From: Macrostomum lignano
Lineage: Eukaryota
Assembly: GCA_002269645.1 (NCBI GenBank)
Contig: NIVC01000897.1
Location: forward strand, 1-64,000
DNA length: 64,000 bases
Direction: 5' to 3'
In this document: piece by piece, positions 34,460 to 44,585 of the stretch
Layout: the number at the start of each line of letters is the position of its first letter
Numbering within the stretch: the first letter of the stretch is position 1
Translations under genes and position numbers: made by a program
The notes under the pieces: generated by a model
What the model was told of the DNA's origin: nothing
Databases searched by the model: none
Seen by the model: the letters and a program-made list of their open reading frames with translations, nothing else

Positions 34460-35672
34460 CAGAGCTGTCTCCGCAATCATTTAAGGCTATTAACTGTGTT
34501 CTGTCACCATCAGTTCTCCCTAGAAATCCCTCCCAGATCCCACCACAGACCGACCAGCATGGCTAGAATAGTTTCAAAATGTTTTCCATCGCCCCAAGAT
34601 ACCTGTCATGAATGTCTGTCTACATGCGTGTAAACTAATGCCCAGATTATATATGATATACTACTTACTGTACTACTGGTGTAACTCGTGCACTCGTCTA
34701 TCTGATTGCCCTGAACCATTTGTAGTGTGGATAGTAGACTATCAGTGTAGAAATTATATCGAACTAAGAGAGTGAAATAGATGGGGTCGTTTTGCACACA
34801 TCTTCTCAGTTTCTGTCGCATTGTTTAAAGCTTAAATTATTTTTTAAGTGTTAAAATGTCTAATTATTTTCGGCTGCTAAATAATTTTAATGAGAATTGT
34901 CTGCCTTCTTAATTCTTGGAGGTGCAACCGAGTGAAATTTGATGTTCGAGTGTGAAATTACTTTTAAAATGTTGCCATAAATCAGGGCATTTCTTGGCCT
35001 CGGCCAAGAAATGAATAAATGACCTAGAGTCGAATTCGGTAGTCTATAGTAGAGAACAGAGAAGAAAGAAGAGAAGAGAGTAAGGCGAGGATTAGATCGA
35101 AGAAAGAAAGAATTCGGAGAGGCGACAAATTTCATATACGATATACCAGTGCTTGCAAAAGACGTGCGCGACCCGTCTGCATGAGGCGGAGGTGCAGAGA
35201 GCGCTGATATTTGTCGAGTTACTGGCCACAGCAGCTCAGCCGTTGAGCGTTACATCGGAGTTTCTGTGGAACAAGGTTTACTACAGACTTCATCAGTTCG
35301 GCCAGACCAGCTGTGCCCGCCAAGTCTGTCCCCATGCACACAGCTGACACTCCGTGTGTTGAGCAGCCATCTGGCCAAAAATGCGCATCGAAATTTGCGG
35401 TGAGATCCACAAACAAGATTTGACTGACATTTTTCGATTACACTAAACTAACTAATCGATGCTGACGGACGTGCATCCTGCTATTGGTTGGACTTTTACC
35501 GTACACAGTACAGTACGTGGGCAAGATAAACTCTGCAACGTTTTTAATTGGTCGAGCCATTTATTTGGCAGGCACGGCCAGATAAATTAACCATAGACTG
35601 CAAATTGCCTGGTTATTTCATTTCCTCGTCTATGGTGAATAAGAATTTTGCTGGACTCTTTGCAACGAATCA

Positions 35673-36538
35673 ACTATACCTTTTCAACTTCGGATTCGTC
35701 AAAAGTGAGTTCAAATTCGTCAGCGTATGCAAAACTATCTAGCGCTCCAGGGGAAGAGAGTGAGTGTCTATGGTAAATTTTTAGAGAAAGTGACTTCGAA
35801 TTCGTCTGAGTAAGTGAAATTCGCCAGTGCAAATACAGCCTGACCATAAAAAGTGTCTGCTTTGTCCATGGTAAGAAAAGAAGTTGTCTATGGTAAATTT
35901 AGGTAAGAAAGTGAGTGCAAAGTTCGTCTGTGGATCGCTCTAGACTCGTGCGATGTTTTCAACAAGGACGAGACTGGAGACAACTCGCAATTGAACTGGA
36001 TATCAAGAGGACAACTGCCAGTGACATCATCAGGAGATATGTTGATGAGGGTAGGATTGATCTTAACGTGCGTGGAGGTGCAGTGAGACCAAAGTTTTCT
36101 GAGGAGATGCTCGGGGCGTTGACCAGGTATGTGGAAGAGAAGCCGACTGTGACCCTCAAAGAAATGCAGCAAAAGCTTGTTGCAGATTTTCCTGCTGCTC
36201 CTGCTGTGACATATGGCATCTCTGACAACAATCAAAGCATGAAATGAAGATTTCAGGAAATTGGGCTACTTTTCCACAGACGAAATTCACTCACTTTCTT
36301 ACTTAAATTTACCATAGACAACTTCTTTTCTTATGGTACCATGGACAAAGCAGACACTTTTTATGGTCAGGCTGTATTTGCACTGACGAATTTCACTTAC
36401 TTAGACGAATTCGAAGTCACTTTCTCTAAAAATTTACCATTAGACACTCATTCTCTTCCCTTTGAGCGCTATATAGTTTTGCATACGCTGACGAATTTGA
36501 ACTCACTTTTGACGAATCCGAAGTTGAAAAGGTATAGT
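35673..36538 (+). mobile_element. Internally deleted Tc1/mariner (IS630-like) element with about 260-bp inverted arms and a transposase N-terminal HTH fragment
   Basis: Arms 35673-35934 and 36273-36538 are reverse complements, with TA near each end. The spacer encodes RSRLVRCFQQGRDWRQLAIELDIKRTTASDIIRRY...RGG...KPTVTLKEMQQKL, typical of a Tc1/IS630 DNA-binding region. No DDE domain. Confidence 0.85.
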
Positions 36539-36787
36539 AGGAAGCAAAAGGATATACCAGGTATTAAAAAACAAAGCCAACCTACTATAAGGTTCGAGAA
36601 GTTCCATCAGATTCTTCGGGTTCCCCAAATTACTGCTTAAATTGTCTATGGTACTCGGGCACTTGATATAAAATACCCAATTCTTGAGCGACAAAAATCC
36701 CTCCTTACATTCGGGCTCTGTTGATCCGAAGTTGAATTTAGAACAAGTTAAATTAGCATCAGGTCTACTAAAAGCAGAACCGAGCAC

Positions 36788-37264
36788 ATGGCCTGGATAT
36801 CTTACGGTGGCCGCAGTGGCGCGACCATTCTCGATAAACGTCGCAGCCGCTACGCCGACAACACTTCCAACAGCGACGACGGCGGCGCCGTTGGATCTGA
36901 CGATCCGCCGCGTTACAAAGGCGTCCCATTGTGCGGCGCCGGCCTCTGCTCGGGCCCCGGCCTGCCGCCGAAGCGGCTGCCCCGGCCGGGCATCGACTGC
37001 GTCAACGGTGACCGGCCCTGTCTGCCCTGCGACATCGTCAACGTGCGCCTACGTGTGGCCGTCGCCGGCTCCAAGGTGAAGCGGGCGGTGGCCGAGTGTC
37101 AAAGGCGCTACTTCTGCCGAGTGTGGAACCTGCTGTTCGCCTACCTGTTCCCTGGCGAGCACCGCGATGGCCCGTGCAATCCTCGAGTCGTGAGGCCCAA
37201 CGATCCCATGCCCGTTTGCCGTGGCCAGCCGCAAACTAGTCAATGGCGGCAGAGACAAAAGTGA
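36788..37264 (+). CDS. Single-exon 158-aa protein of an unassigned Cys-rich family (CLPC...CQRRYF..VW motif), copy A
   Basis: ATG-to-stop ORF, GC-rich against an AT-rich flank, with clear homology to 40329-40778 and 55334-55789. Confidence 0.7.
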   Translation: MAWISYGGRSGATILDKRRSRYADNTSNSDDGGAVGSDDPPRYKGVPLCGAGLCSGPGLPPKRLPRPGIDCVNGDRPCLPCDIVNVRLRVAVAGSKVKRAVAECQRRYFCRVWNLLFAYLFPGEHRDGPCNPRVVRPNDPMPVCRGQPQTSQWRQRQK

Positions 37265-37984
37265 GCGTTTCTTACATTTCTGGGGCCGAAAAATCGCTGT
37301 TGGAAAGTTGATTTCCTGCCTTTCTACTGTCAAAGTTTCAATCTCGTTCGCTTCGACATCAAATCTTGGCAGTTCAGTTGCCAATGTTGATTATACTTGC
37401 TCGTCTAATTCTCGTCAAAACTCGATTACAAACGAGCAACGAGCACTTGCTCAGCCCTGGTGCCCACTAGTAGTAGCTCGGCTCTGCTTTGAATTTTCCC
37501 GTATTGCACTAGGGAAATTCCTTAAACTTCTGGTTAGTAACAAAGTGGCAGTTTTCCCAGTTTCCAGGAATCAATAAATAGGGTAAGAGGGAAACTTGCA
37601 TTCATAATTGTCAGACGGGAGGAGTTAAATGCTATTGAATAGCTTTGAATACCTGCCGGTGTTGTGAGAGGCTTCGCATGGCTTTTGTGGAAATATTTGC
37701 TAAATTGGACTTACCTAATCTTCAATCAGTCTTAATGTCTCTATCGGAGATGAGATTAGTAAATTTATTTAACCCTTAAGGCACGGGTCGGAAAACTCAG
37801 CTCTCTTCTCTATTTTCTCTCCCCTCCCCTCTCATCTCATCTATCATCTCCTTGTTCCTCTTCTCTTTCCTCCTTTATCTGATCAAAAACAATTTGCAGA
37901 CTTCTGGCTCGGGTTCTGTTCCCGAGGTTGCTTTAATGCGGCATGCACAAGCGGAATTCGATCGGGTTTCGGCTAAATTTAAAG

Positions 37985-38266
37985 GGTCGCCATCATAAAC
38001 CCGAAAAATCACAACTCCGAAAGCACTTCCAATCATAAACCCGATATATCATAACTCCGAAAACCTAAATAGTGTTGGACATTGCTAGAACTTTCGGAGT
38101 TATGATATTTCAGGTTTGTGATATTTCGGGTTTGTGATATTTCGGGCTTGTGATATTTCGGGTTTGTGATATTTTGGGTTTGTGATATTTCGGGTTTATG
38201 ATATTTCGGGTTTAAGATGGAAAGCGCTTTTCGGAGTTGTAATTTTTTGGGTTTGTGATGCCCCCA
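37985..38266. repeat. Foldback-like repeat with an internal 14-bp tandem array (GTTTGTGATATTTCGG-like)
   Basis: CATAAACCCGAAAAATCACAACTCCGAAAG on the left is the reverse complement of the right-hand CTTTTCGGAGTTGTAATTTTTTGGGTTTGTG; tandem units at about 38095-38215. Confidence 0.65.
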
Positions 38267-38517
38267 TTGTTGGCCTAGCTGAAACTACAGCTGATTATCA
38301 TTATCATCGGTCATCATATAAAAGTGTTTTACCTTTGGTCGATCGAAACTTCCGAAAGATACTAAATTAGGTCCATAGGCCCCCCAACAGTCTCAACACT
38401 GTGCAAGTGTATTCTAATCATTTCTCTGTGTCAAATTGAATCCCGCCTTGCTATGTTTATTTGCAGGCAGAGCCAGCCCAGGCCTGTCTGGGAGCGAGCG
38501 CTCAGCCCAGTTGAGGA

Positions 38518-38809
38518 CATGAAGATGACGGACCATCGGGTGCGCAGACGCCTGCCAGACGAGCAGAAGCAACCGCCTGCCAGCACGCCGCCGCCACCGC
38601 CGCCGCCGCCGCCGACAGCTAAGAAGCGACCAGCAGTTCAGACGCGCCGACAGGCCGGCAACCTGCGGTATAACCTGGTTGACAGGCCCTACCTGACTGG
38701 TGACAGCCTCAAGAGTCACCAGATTCGCGGCGCCACGCCAGCGCGGAATGGACAGTTGCGAGGCAATTTCTACGACCTGCCGGCAATGGATTCTGAGAAG
38801 AGAGCCTGA
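38518..38809 (+). CDS. Possible orphan coding exon (Pro-rich, basic); no family recognised
   Basis: GC-rich open frame preceded by an acceptor-like TTTATTTGCAG at about 38456-38466; no recognisable homology. Confidence 0.3.
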
Positions 38810-39336
38810 TTTCTTGAGGAAACAGCGGCTTAACTGCAATTTTAAAATACGTGCAGGTTTAGACTGACTGCATATGCGCTCATCTGTATCATAATGTAAT
38901 TTCTCTAAAGCTTTATAACGCATATGATTTGTTTAGTACACAAGTGTTCATTTTAGTGCTAACGCTTCTATATTTTGTTCCTATGTTAAAAAAGATGACT
39001 AGGTCTGTACTACTGCAGCTCATTAAGTAGTTGATACAACTTGCTTTTTATTTTATTGGGCAAATTTAATACACCTTTGTCACTTGTACATCACTTTTTG
39101 TATTGTTTTAGTTGTGTCGGCAACTTCAAATTTCAAATTATACATAAACTGAGCTCTTGAAAATAGTTGCTATGCCCTCTCTGCATACTGCATGTAAGAA
39201 TCTTTGGGTTTAGCGCCTCGTATTGTCCACACTTTAGTCTGTGGCTAATTGTGTCTAGTTTCGTTTGGGCCACAAACGATTGCGTCGACGGAAATTGTGA
39301 ACTAAGTAAATTTTTGCGCGCCTTTCAGGCATCGAA

Positions 39337-39462
39337 ACAGGAATACAACAGATTGCTTATCTGCGAATAGTCTATGGTCAAGCCGCCCCCATCTTTGGAT
39401 ATTCCCAACGGGTTATATTTGGATATACCCATTTGCAGATAAGCAATCTGTATATTCCTGTA
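39337..39462. mobile_element. 126-bp MITE-like hairpin
   Basis: About 31-bp arms ACAGGAATACAACAGATTGCTTATCTGCGAAT / ATTTGCAGATAAGCAATCTGTATATTCCTGT; no clear TSD. Confidence 0.55.
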
Positions 39463-40328
39463 TCAATGCGTTTGCGAGGATATTTTTATTCAATACAGCA
39501 AAGCTGAATAAACAACTTGTATAAATATACGAAAACGGTAACGTGGGCATAATGAAACGTGGACCAATTGTTCCGCAATAATCGATGAGTAGAGCTAGAA
39601 TCGACAATAATTACACTCACATCGGCCGAATTGCATGGTTTGTTCCGCATGGGATCCTTGGGGCAAGCCTCTTCTTTGCTTGGCAGTGGTGGCAGAGCAT
39701 CATCGTTACCGCATTCAATGAATCGGATGAACTCCATCAACTCTTCGTCATTCGCCTCGTCACGTCCACCCATACTCAAGTCGCTGAGAAAGTTGACCTC
39801 ATTTCCATTCAAGCCGTCAATGCTTTCAATCGGCAAATTCGATCAATTTATCATTCGTATGAGTGGCATGAATAGAGGTTAGGGCAAACAGAAGAAACAG
39901 GAACATGTATCCTCTGCTGCAGGGTTCCAGCTTATAAGACCACAACTTCATTTAACATGTTTCGTCTATGGTAATTTCAGACTGTTCATTCCGCTTAACT
40001 TTTCGTTCCAGACGTTTAGTCTATGGCCATCATTTGGCTTGCGCCAAGTGGAAAATGCCTATGACACAAATCCCTTGAATCACTCAGTGAACAATTCCCG
40101 TCTGGGAAGTTGTATCCTAGCCGTTTTGAATTGGATTTTGGACAAAACTAGACACAATTCCACTATCGAGAGTTCACGCCTCACACACAACTGCCATAGC
40201 GTCGAGGCCGGTTGTGACCTCTTGATAATCATACATTGTGTGCAGCAAACAATAACGAGTGCCCGCATGTTCCGCTCGCGCTATCTATCACACCAGACGC
40301 AGTGATTGACATTGACAGAGTTGACAAT

Positions 40329-40778
40329 ATGATGTCAAGGATTGATAGCGGAGGAATTTCAGTTGCGGCCGACCGTGGCTTCGAGCCATGTACATTACAT
40401 TGCCTACTAGACATGCCACACAGTGGTTGCTTGGACGTTCAAAGGGTCTCCCTGTGGGATGTCCCACTCTTCAAGATCTGCAGAGACTCAGTTAATCCTT
40501 GCCTACCGTGCGACATTGTCAAACTGCGGACGTGTGCCTCTGAAGCTCAGCTAGAGCGAAAAATGGCTGAGTACCAGAAGCGCTATTTCTACTGAGTCTG
40601 GGGCCTGCTATTTGCCCACCTGTTCCCAGTTCAGCCTACAAGTCCAGCCGAGTCCCAGTCAGCCAAGCGCCAGAGAAAATCTCACTGCGAAGCAAACAGC
40701 CAGCAGCAGAAACTGGAGCAACAACCGCAACCGGTTGAGTCGACTGACACCCAGGAAAAAAGAGTTTTCCCAGTTTAG
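40329..40778 (+). pseudogene. Unassigned Cys-rich family copy B, with an in-frame TGA inside the conserved motif
   Basis: ...NPCLPCDIVKLR...AEYQKRYFY*VWGLLFAHLFP... The TGA at 40593-40595 aligns with Arg of copy A, and the frame stays open for 60 more codons to a TAG at 40776-40778. Confidence 0.7.
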
Positions 40779-41065
40779 ATAGACGAGGCACGGGGGGAGC
40801 GAAGAGCAACAGACAAAAAGACTCATGAAAGAACGCCGGCGTGTGTACGTGTACTACGACTATCTACATGTAGGTGTGCCGTATTTTTTCGGTATTCATT
40901 CGACCATATCTGAAACCATATCTCGACCATATTTTGAGCAATCTACATGCACAAATGCAAGCGCAATTACACTATATATTAAAGTAGAATATTTTGATAC
41001 ACCAGTATTTGTACACTCATAATTTTTGTGTTAACTGTTGTTCCAATCTTTTTTAAAACGCCTAA

Positions 41066-41351
41066 ATAATAATAATAATAATTGATTACCTGCCTGATTG
41101 GCCAGGTGTGAAACCGACAGCTCAGCCGCAGCTATTGCGCGGCGCATCTGAAGGTTGCCTACGGCTGTTCAGTCCAAGGACTGGGGGGTCGCCACACAGC
41201 CTCAATTACCCCAGCTAATGCTGGCACCCATTACACAGCTGGGTGAACTGAAGCAAAGACACAAATTGTTACGATGGGATCGAGAGTCGAACCTCCGACC
41301 GTCAAGTCGTGAGTCGGACGCTCTAACCGCTAGGCTACAACCCCCAACGCC
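41066..41351 (-). mobile_element. tRNA-headed SINE with a central domain and an (ATT)n tail
   Basis: Minus strand: TAGCCTAGCGG (A box), GGTTCGACTC (B box), a CACCCAGCTGTGTAATGGGTGCC segment of the kind seen in invertebrate SINE cores, and a 3' ATTATTATT tail. Confidence 0.75.
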
Positions 41352-41830
41352 TAAAAAAGATTCCACTATGAATGGCTGCTGACTTGTATGAAGGCTTGAG
41401 TCCAATGCTTAGTGTCTTGTCCTGGAGTACTTTTTGGTCTACAAAACTTTTAATCTCATATTTCATTGCAAAAGATTTGGTTTTTCTTTTTGATACATGT
41501 ATACTCGTAATACGAAATCAGGACCCCAACCGTTGATACCATTAGCATTCAACTCAAATGAGCTTCTGGTGGTCAAAGAACGGGGTCATTAATTTTTCCG
41601 TTCTGTGAGATGTTCAGTGAAACATTGATGGAGTCATTTGGACTGTCGCTAGTTCAAGATCGCTAGGTATCAGTTTTTTTTTCTGCTAGGCAGTTACTGC
41701 CGATGTATTCGTAATTAAAAACGATGCCGGAAAAAATCTCTTTGGTATAGCAAAAAATGCTTGAAAAGCAAAGTCAATCCAGCTGATAAAATGACCATGG
41801 TAAACATCCGTTGGCAGTTTCCGCCAACCA

Positions 41831-42178
41831 TCAGCAGTGCATGTACCTGCCGACAATCTGACCACATCCGGGACAGGTGTGCACCGCGTCTTTGGCTCGG
41901 TCGCAGCAGAATGGAAAGCAGCAGAAAAGAGGACACAGAAGCCACGGCATGAGACCGTTGTACTTCTTCACTAAGGTAACGATATCCTTGTAGCAGTAAG
42001 GACAGGTCATAGGCAGCGGGTCAGGCCCGATCTGGGTGATCACAATGTCCGGCTGGTGCTGGCTCTGATGCCGGTGCTGCCGGCCCTCGTGTCCGGGCGG
42101 CCAGTCGTCCACTCCACCGCGGTCGCGAATTCGGCCGCTGGAAATCGGCGGCGATCGAAGCCGCTCCGACCTGAGCAT
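41831..42178 (-). CDS. Divergent LITAF-domain protein (115 aa) with a shortened hydrophobic segment
   Basis: PLPMTCPYC...NGLMPWLLCPLFCCFPFCCDRAKDAVHTCPGCGQIVG; both zinc-knuckle motifs (CxxC and HxCxxC) present. Confidence 0.8.
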   Translation of the reverse strand: MLRSERLRSPPISSGRIRDRGGVDDWPPGHEGRQHRHQSQHQPDIVITQIGPDPLPMTCPYCYKDIVTLVKKYNGLMPWLLCPLFCCFPFCCDRAKDAVHTCPGCGQIVGRYMHC

Positions 42179-42443
42179 GCCGAGTTGTGTGCGCGTAATT
42201 TTGGCTGGAGTTGACTGCCGTTGGCGGACCGTTCAATGCGGAGCTTCCAGGCCGGGCGCATCAAAGATCAACAATACGCGACTATTCCGTGGCTAGATGC
42301 TACAGCATTTCGCAGCTAGTTTCTGCTGCCTCTGTTGTTAATTATTTTTTAAATAGGTCTTTCCACCATAGAACCCTTATTTATTGCTGCTATTCCCACC
42401 CGATTTACGGGGCTCAAATGTCACGGAAATTTTCAATCCTCAT

Positions 42444-42887
42444 CACAGATACTAAAATAACTAGATGGGCCACTCAGGCATATATACTTAGCAAAACAGC
42501 TTTCTGCTTTCAGTTCAGTAGCAAAGAAGAATACATAAGCTATTTTTTAAAAAATAAAGGCCGCTGAAATGACTCTGACTCTGACTCTGAGTTTAGAAGC
42601 CCAAACTTGCAGGCGTAAACGACTTGCTAATTGGTTCAGCAATACTGTAGTGTACATTAGCCAGTCCCCTGAAATGTACATGGCAGCTTTAGGCTGGAAT
42701 AAAATTGGGGCGGGACGGTGGTAAAGTGGTAAGGCGCGGTTGGAGGGTTAAGCTGGGGGTAAGAGCCATTAAATAAGCCTTGGCTTTAAAAATACATTAA
42801 AATGCTTCAGTTTAACTTGCTACTAAACTAAAAGTAGCTTACACGCAAATGTGCTGAGTGGCCCATCTAGTTATTTTAGTATCTGTG
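42444..42887. mobile_element. 444-bp non-autonomous DNA transposon (P/hAT type)
   Basis: 34-bp TIR CACAGATACTAAAATAACTAGATGGGCCACTCAG; perfect 8-bp TSD ATCCTCAT (42436-42443 and 42888-42895). Confidence 0.9.
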
Positions 42888-43670
42888 ATCCTCATGATAG
42901 ATTTGGGCTGGGTAAGGAGGGATTTGGAAGAGCGGAGGGCGAAGACTGGATGGATTGAAACTACCACCTGGTTTTCGTTGTTTTTCCAGCATTTTTAAAT
43001 ATCAAAATGGTTGACCAGGTGATAGACGCTGATCGAAAGACACTGATCACTTGGGGCAAAGGGTGGCGACTTTTCAATGTTGCTGAGTATAATTATTTTC
43101 CCATATTCTCTATCGGCAAAAGGAAGAATTCCTAATTCTATCTCCAATTGTGAAGTATTCGATAATTATGTACCTTTATGAAGCATTGCATGCTAAATGA
43201 TCCTCACCGAGTCGTACTGCTCACCGCTGGTGCAACAGGTGCAGCTGCTGACGCTATCGGCGCCCTACTGGTGAGGACAGGCGCGCACTCGGCAATTCGT
43301 CGGATGCCTGCTGACTGATGTCGGCGCCCTGGATTTGGTCGGCAGTGCAGCCTGCACTGCGACGCTGTTCTCATCTCGATATTAAGACTTACTGACAGGG
43401 AATTCTTTGCTGCTCCCAGGCTTAAAAGATACGAGTACACATGTTGCGATACAATGTCCCAGGGCGAATGATGTCTTTAAAATCCAGTAAGCCGCCACTA
43501 ACTGCCCTACAAAGAACGGAACAGTGATGAGCTGATTAAAATCGGGTATACGAGGGCCCAAAGGCTTTTTTGCTGATTCTTTCAAAAAAAGTTTCGTAAA
43601 AAGATCCGAGCATATGAGTCCGGTAACAAGAAAACAGCACATCAGGAGTTTAGTAGCGAAAAAGCTAAAA

Positions 43671-43747
43671 TGTGACTGCACTGGGAATCGAGCCTGGGCT
43701 GCTGGCACATCAGAGCACCGCGCTAGACCTCTGGGCTACGGCACCCC
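43671..43747 (-). mobile_element. Second copy of the tRNA-derived short element seen at 17763
   Basis: GCCGTAGCCCAGAGGTCTAGCGCGGTGCTCTGATGTGCCAGC...GGCTCGATTCC on the minus strand. Confidence 0.65.
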
Positions 43748-44259
43748 GAAGACAAAGCTTTATTGAGAATAAAAGCTTTCCTTCGACAAAAATTTTCTGA
43801 TTAAAAGTTGGCTTTGTGGATCCGATTAAGAGAAAGAAACTCCGATTTTTCCGTCATGTTGTGAGAAGTGATGGAGTGCTGAAGGCTGTGGTAGAAGGTG
43901 GTGTTGAGGGAGGGACACAGGGGCAGAGGCAGGCCACAAGATGACTGGGCAGGCAATCTGAAGCTGGGGAGTGGAGAGAGTATGATGCAGCTGAGCAGGA
44001 TGGCCTTGAATCGTAGGTGGAGAGTCGCTGTCGAGAATCGTGTGCACCAACGGCCATACTGGCTACGGACCTGATGATGATGGCAATTATGAAAAGTAAA
44101 TTATGAAAAAGTATTATGAAAAATGTACTTAGAAATAAAGTACATTTAGATAGTTTCTGTTCTATGATTTTTTAGAATGATGCGGCTCCGTTTACATAGT
44201 GCCAATGCGATAAAGTTTGTTTGGTCAAATGTTAGCGTTTTCTTTTCAAACAGAAGCAT

Positions 44260-44585
44260 CTAGTTGATCAGCCTGTGCCTTCCAACCACTTGCTGGCAGC
44301 TGGGGCAGCGGTGCTCCGAGTCCTTCAGTTTGTCAATGAAGAACGGGATGATGCAGCAGCCGAAAAAGCACCCAACCAACGCCAGACCGCCGCAGACAAG
44401 CCAAGGAGCCAAGCCATTGATTTGATTCACCGCTGTGGTGATGTTGACGCCATCATCGTCACCGGATGCTTATCGAATGATACAGACGGTTTGTCAACAA
44501 CTTGCACTGCCGGCGGCTGCTGCTGCTGCTGGTAGCATCCCTGTGGAACATCGTATGCCGGTGGCGTAGCCTGGCCCTTCTCCAT
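44260..44585 (-). pseudogene. LITAF-domain pseudogene, frameshifted, first CxxC deleted
   Basis: MEKGQATPPAY...SFDKHPVTM, then a frameshift where the paralogues have TCPHC. The downstream frame gives GVNITTAVNQINGLAPWLVCGG...HRCPSCQQVVGRHRLIN*. Confidence 0.85.

Noticed and set aside
39486-39836. Acidic minus-strand ORF (MPIESIDG...)
   Set aside because: It starts at TTG right after a stop, has no ATG until mid-frame, and shows no homology.
40593-40595. Selenocysteine interpretation of the in-frame TGA
   Set aside because: The TGA aligns with Arg/Asp, not Cys, in the paralogues, and I could not identify a SECIS-like element.
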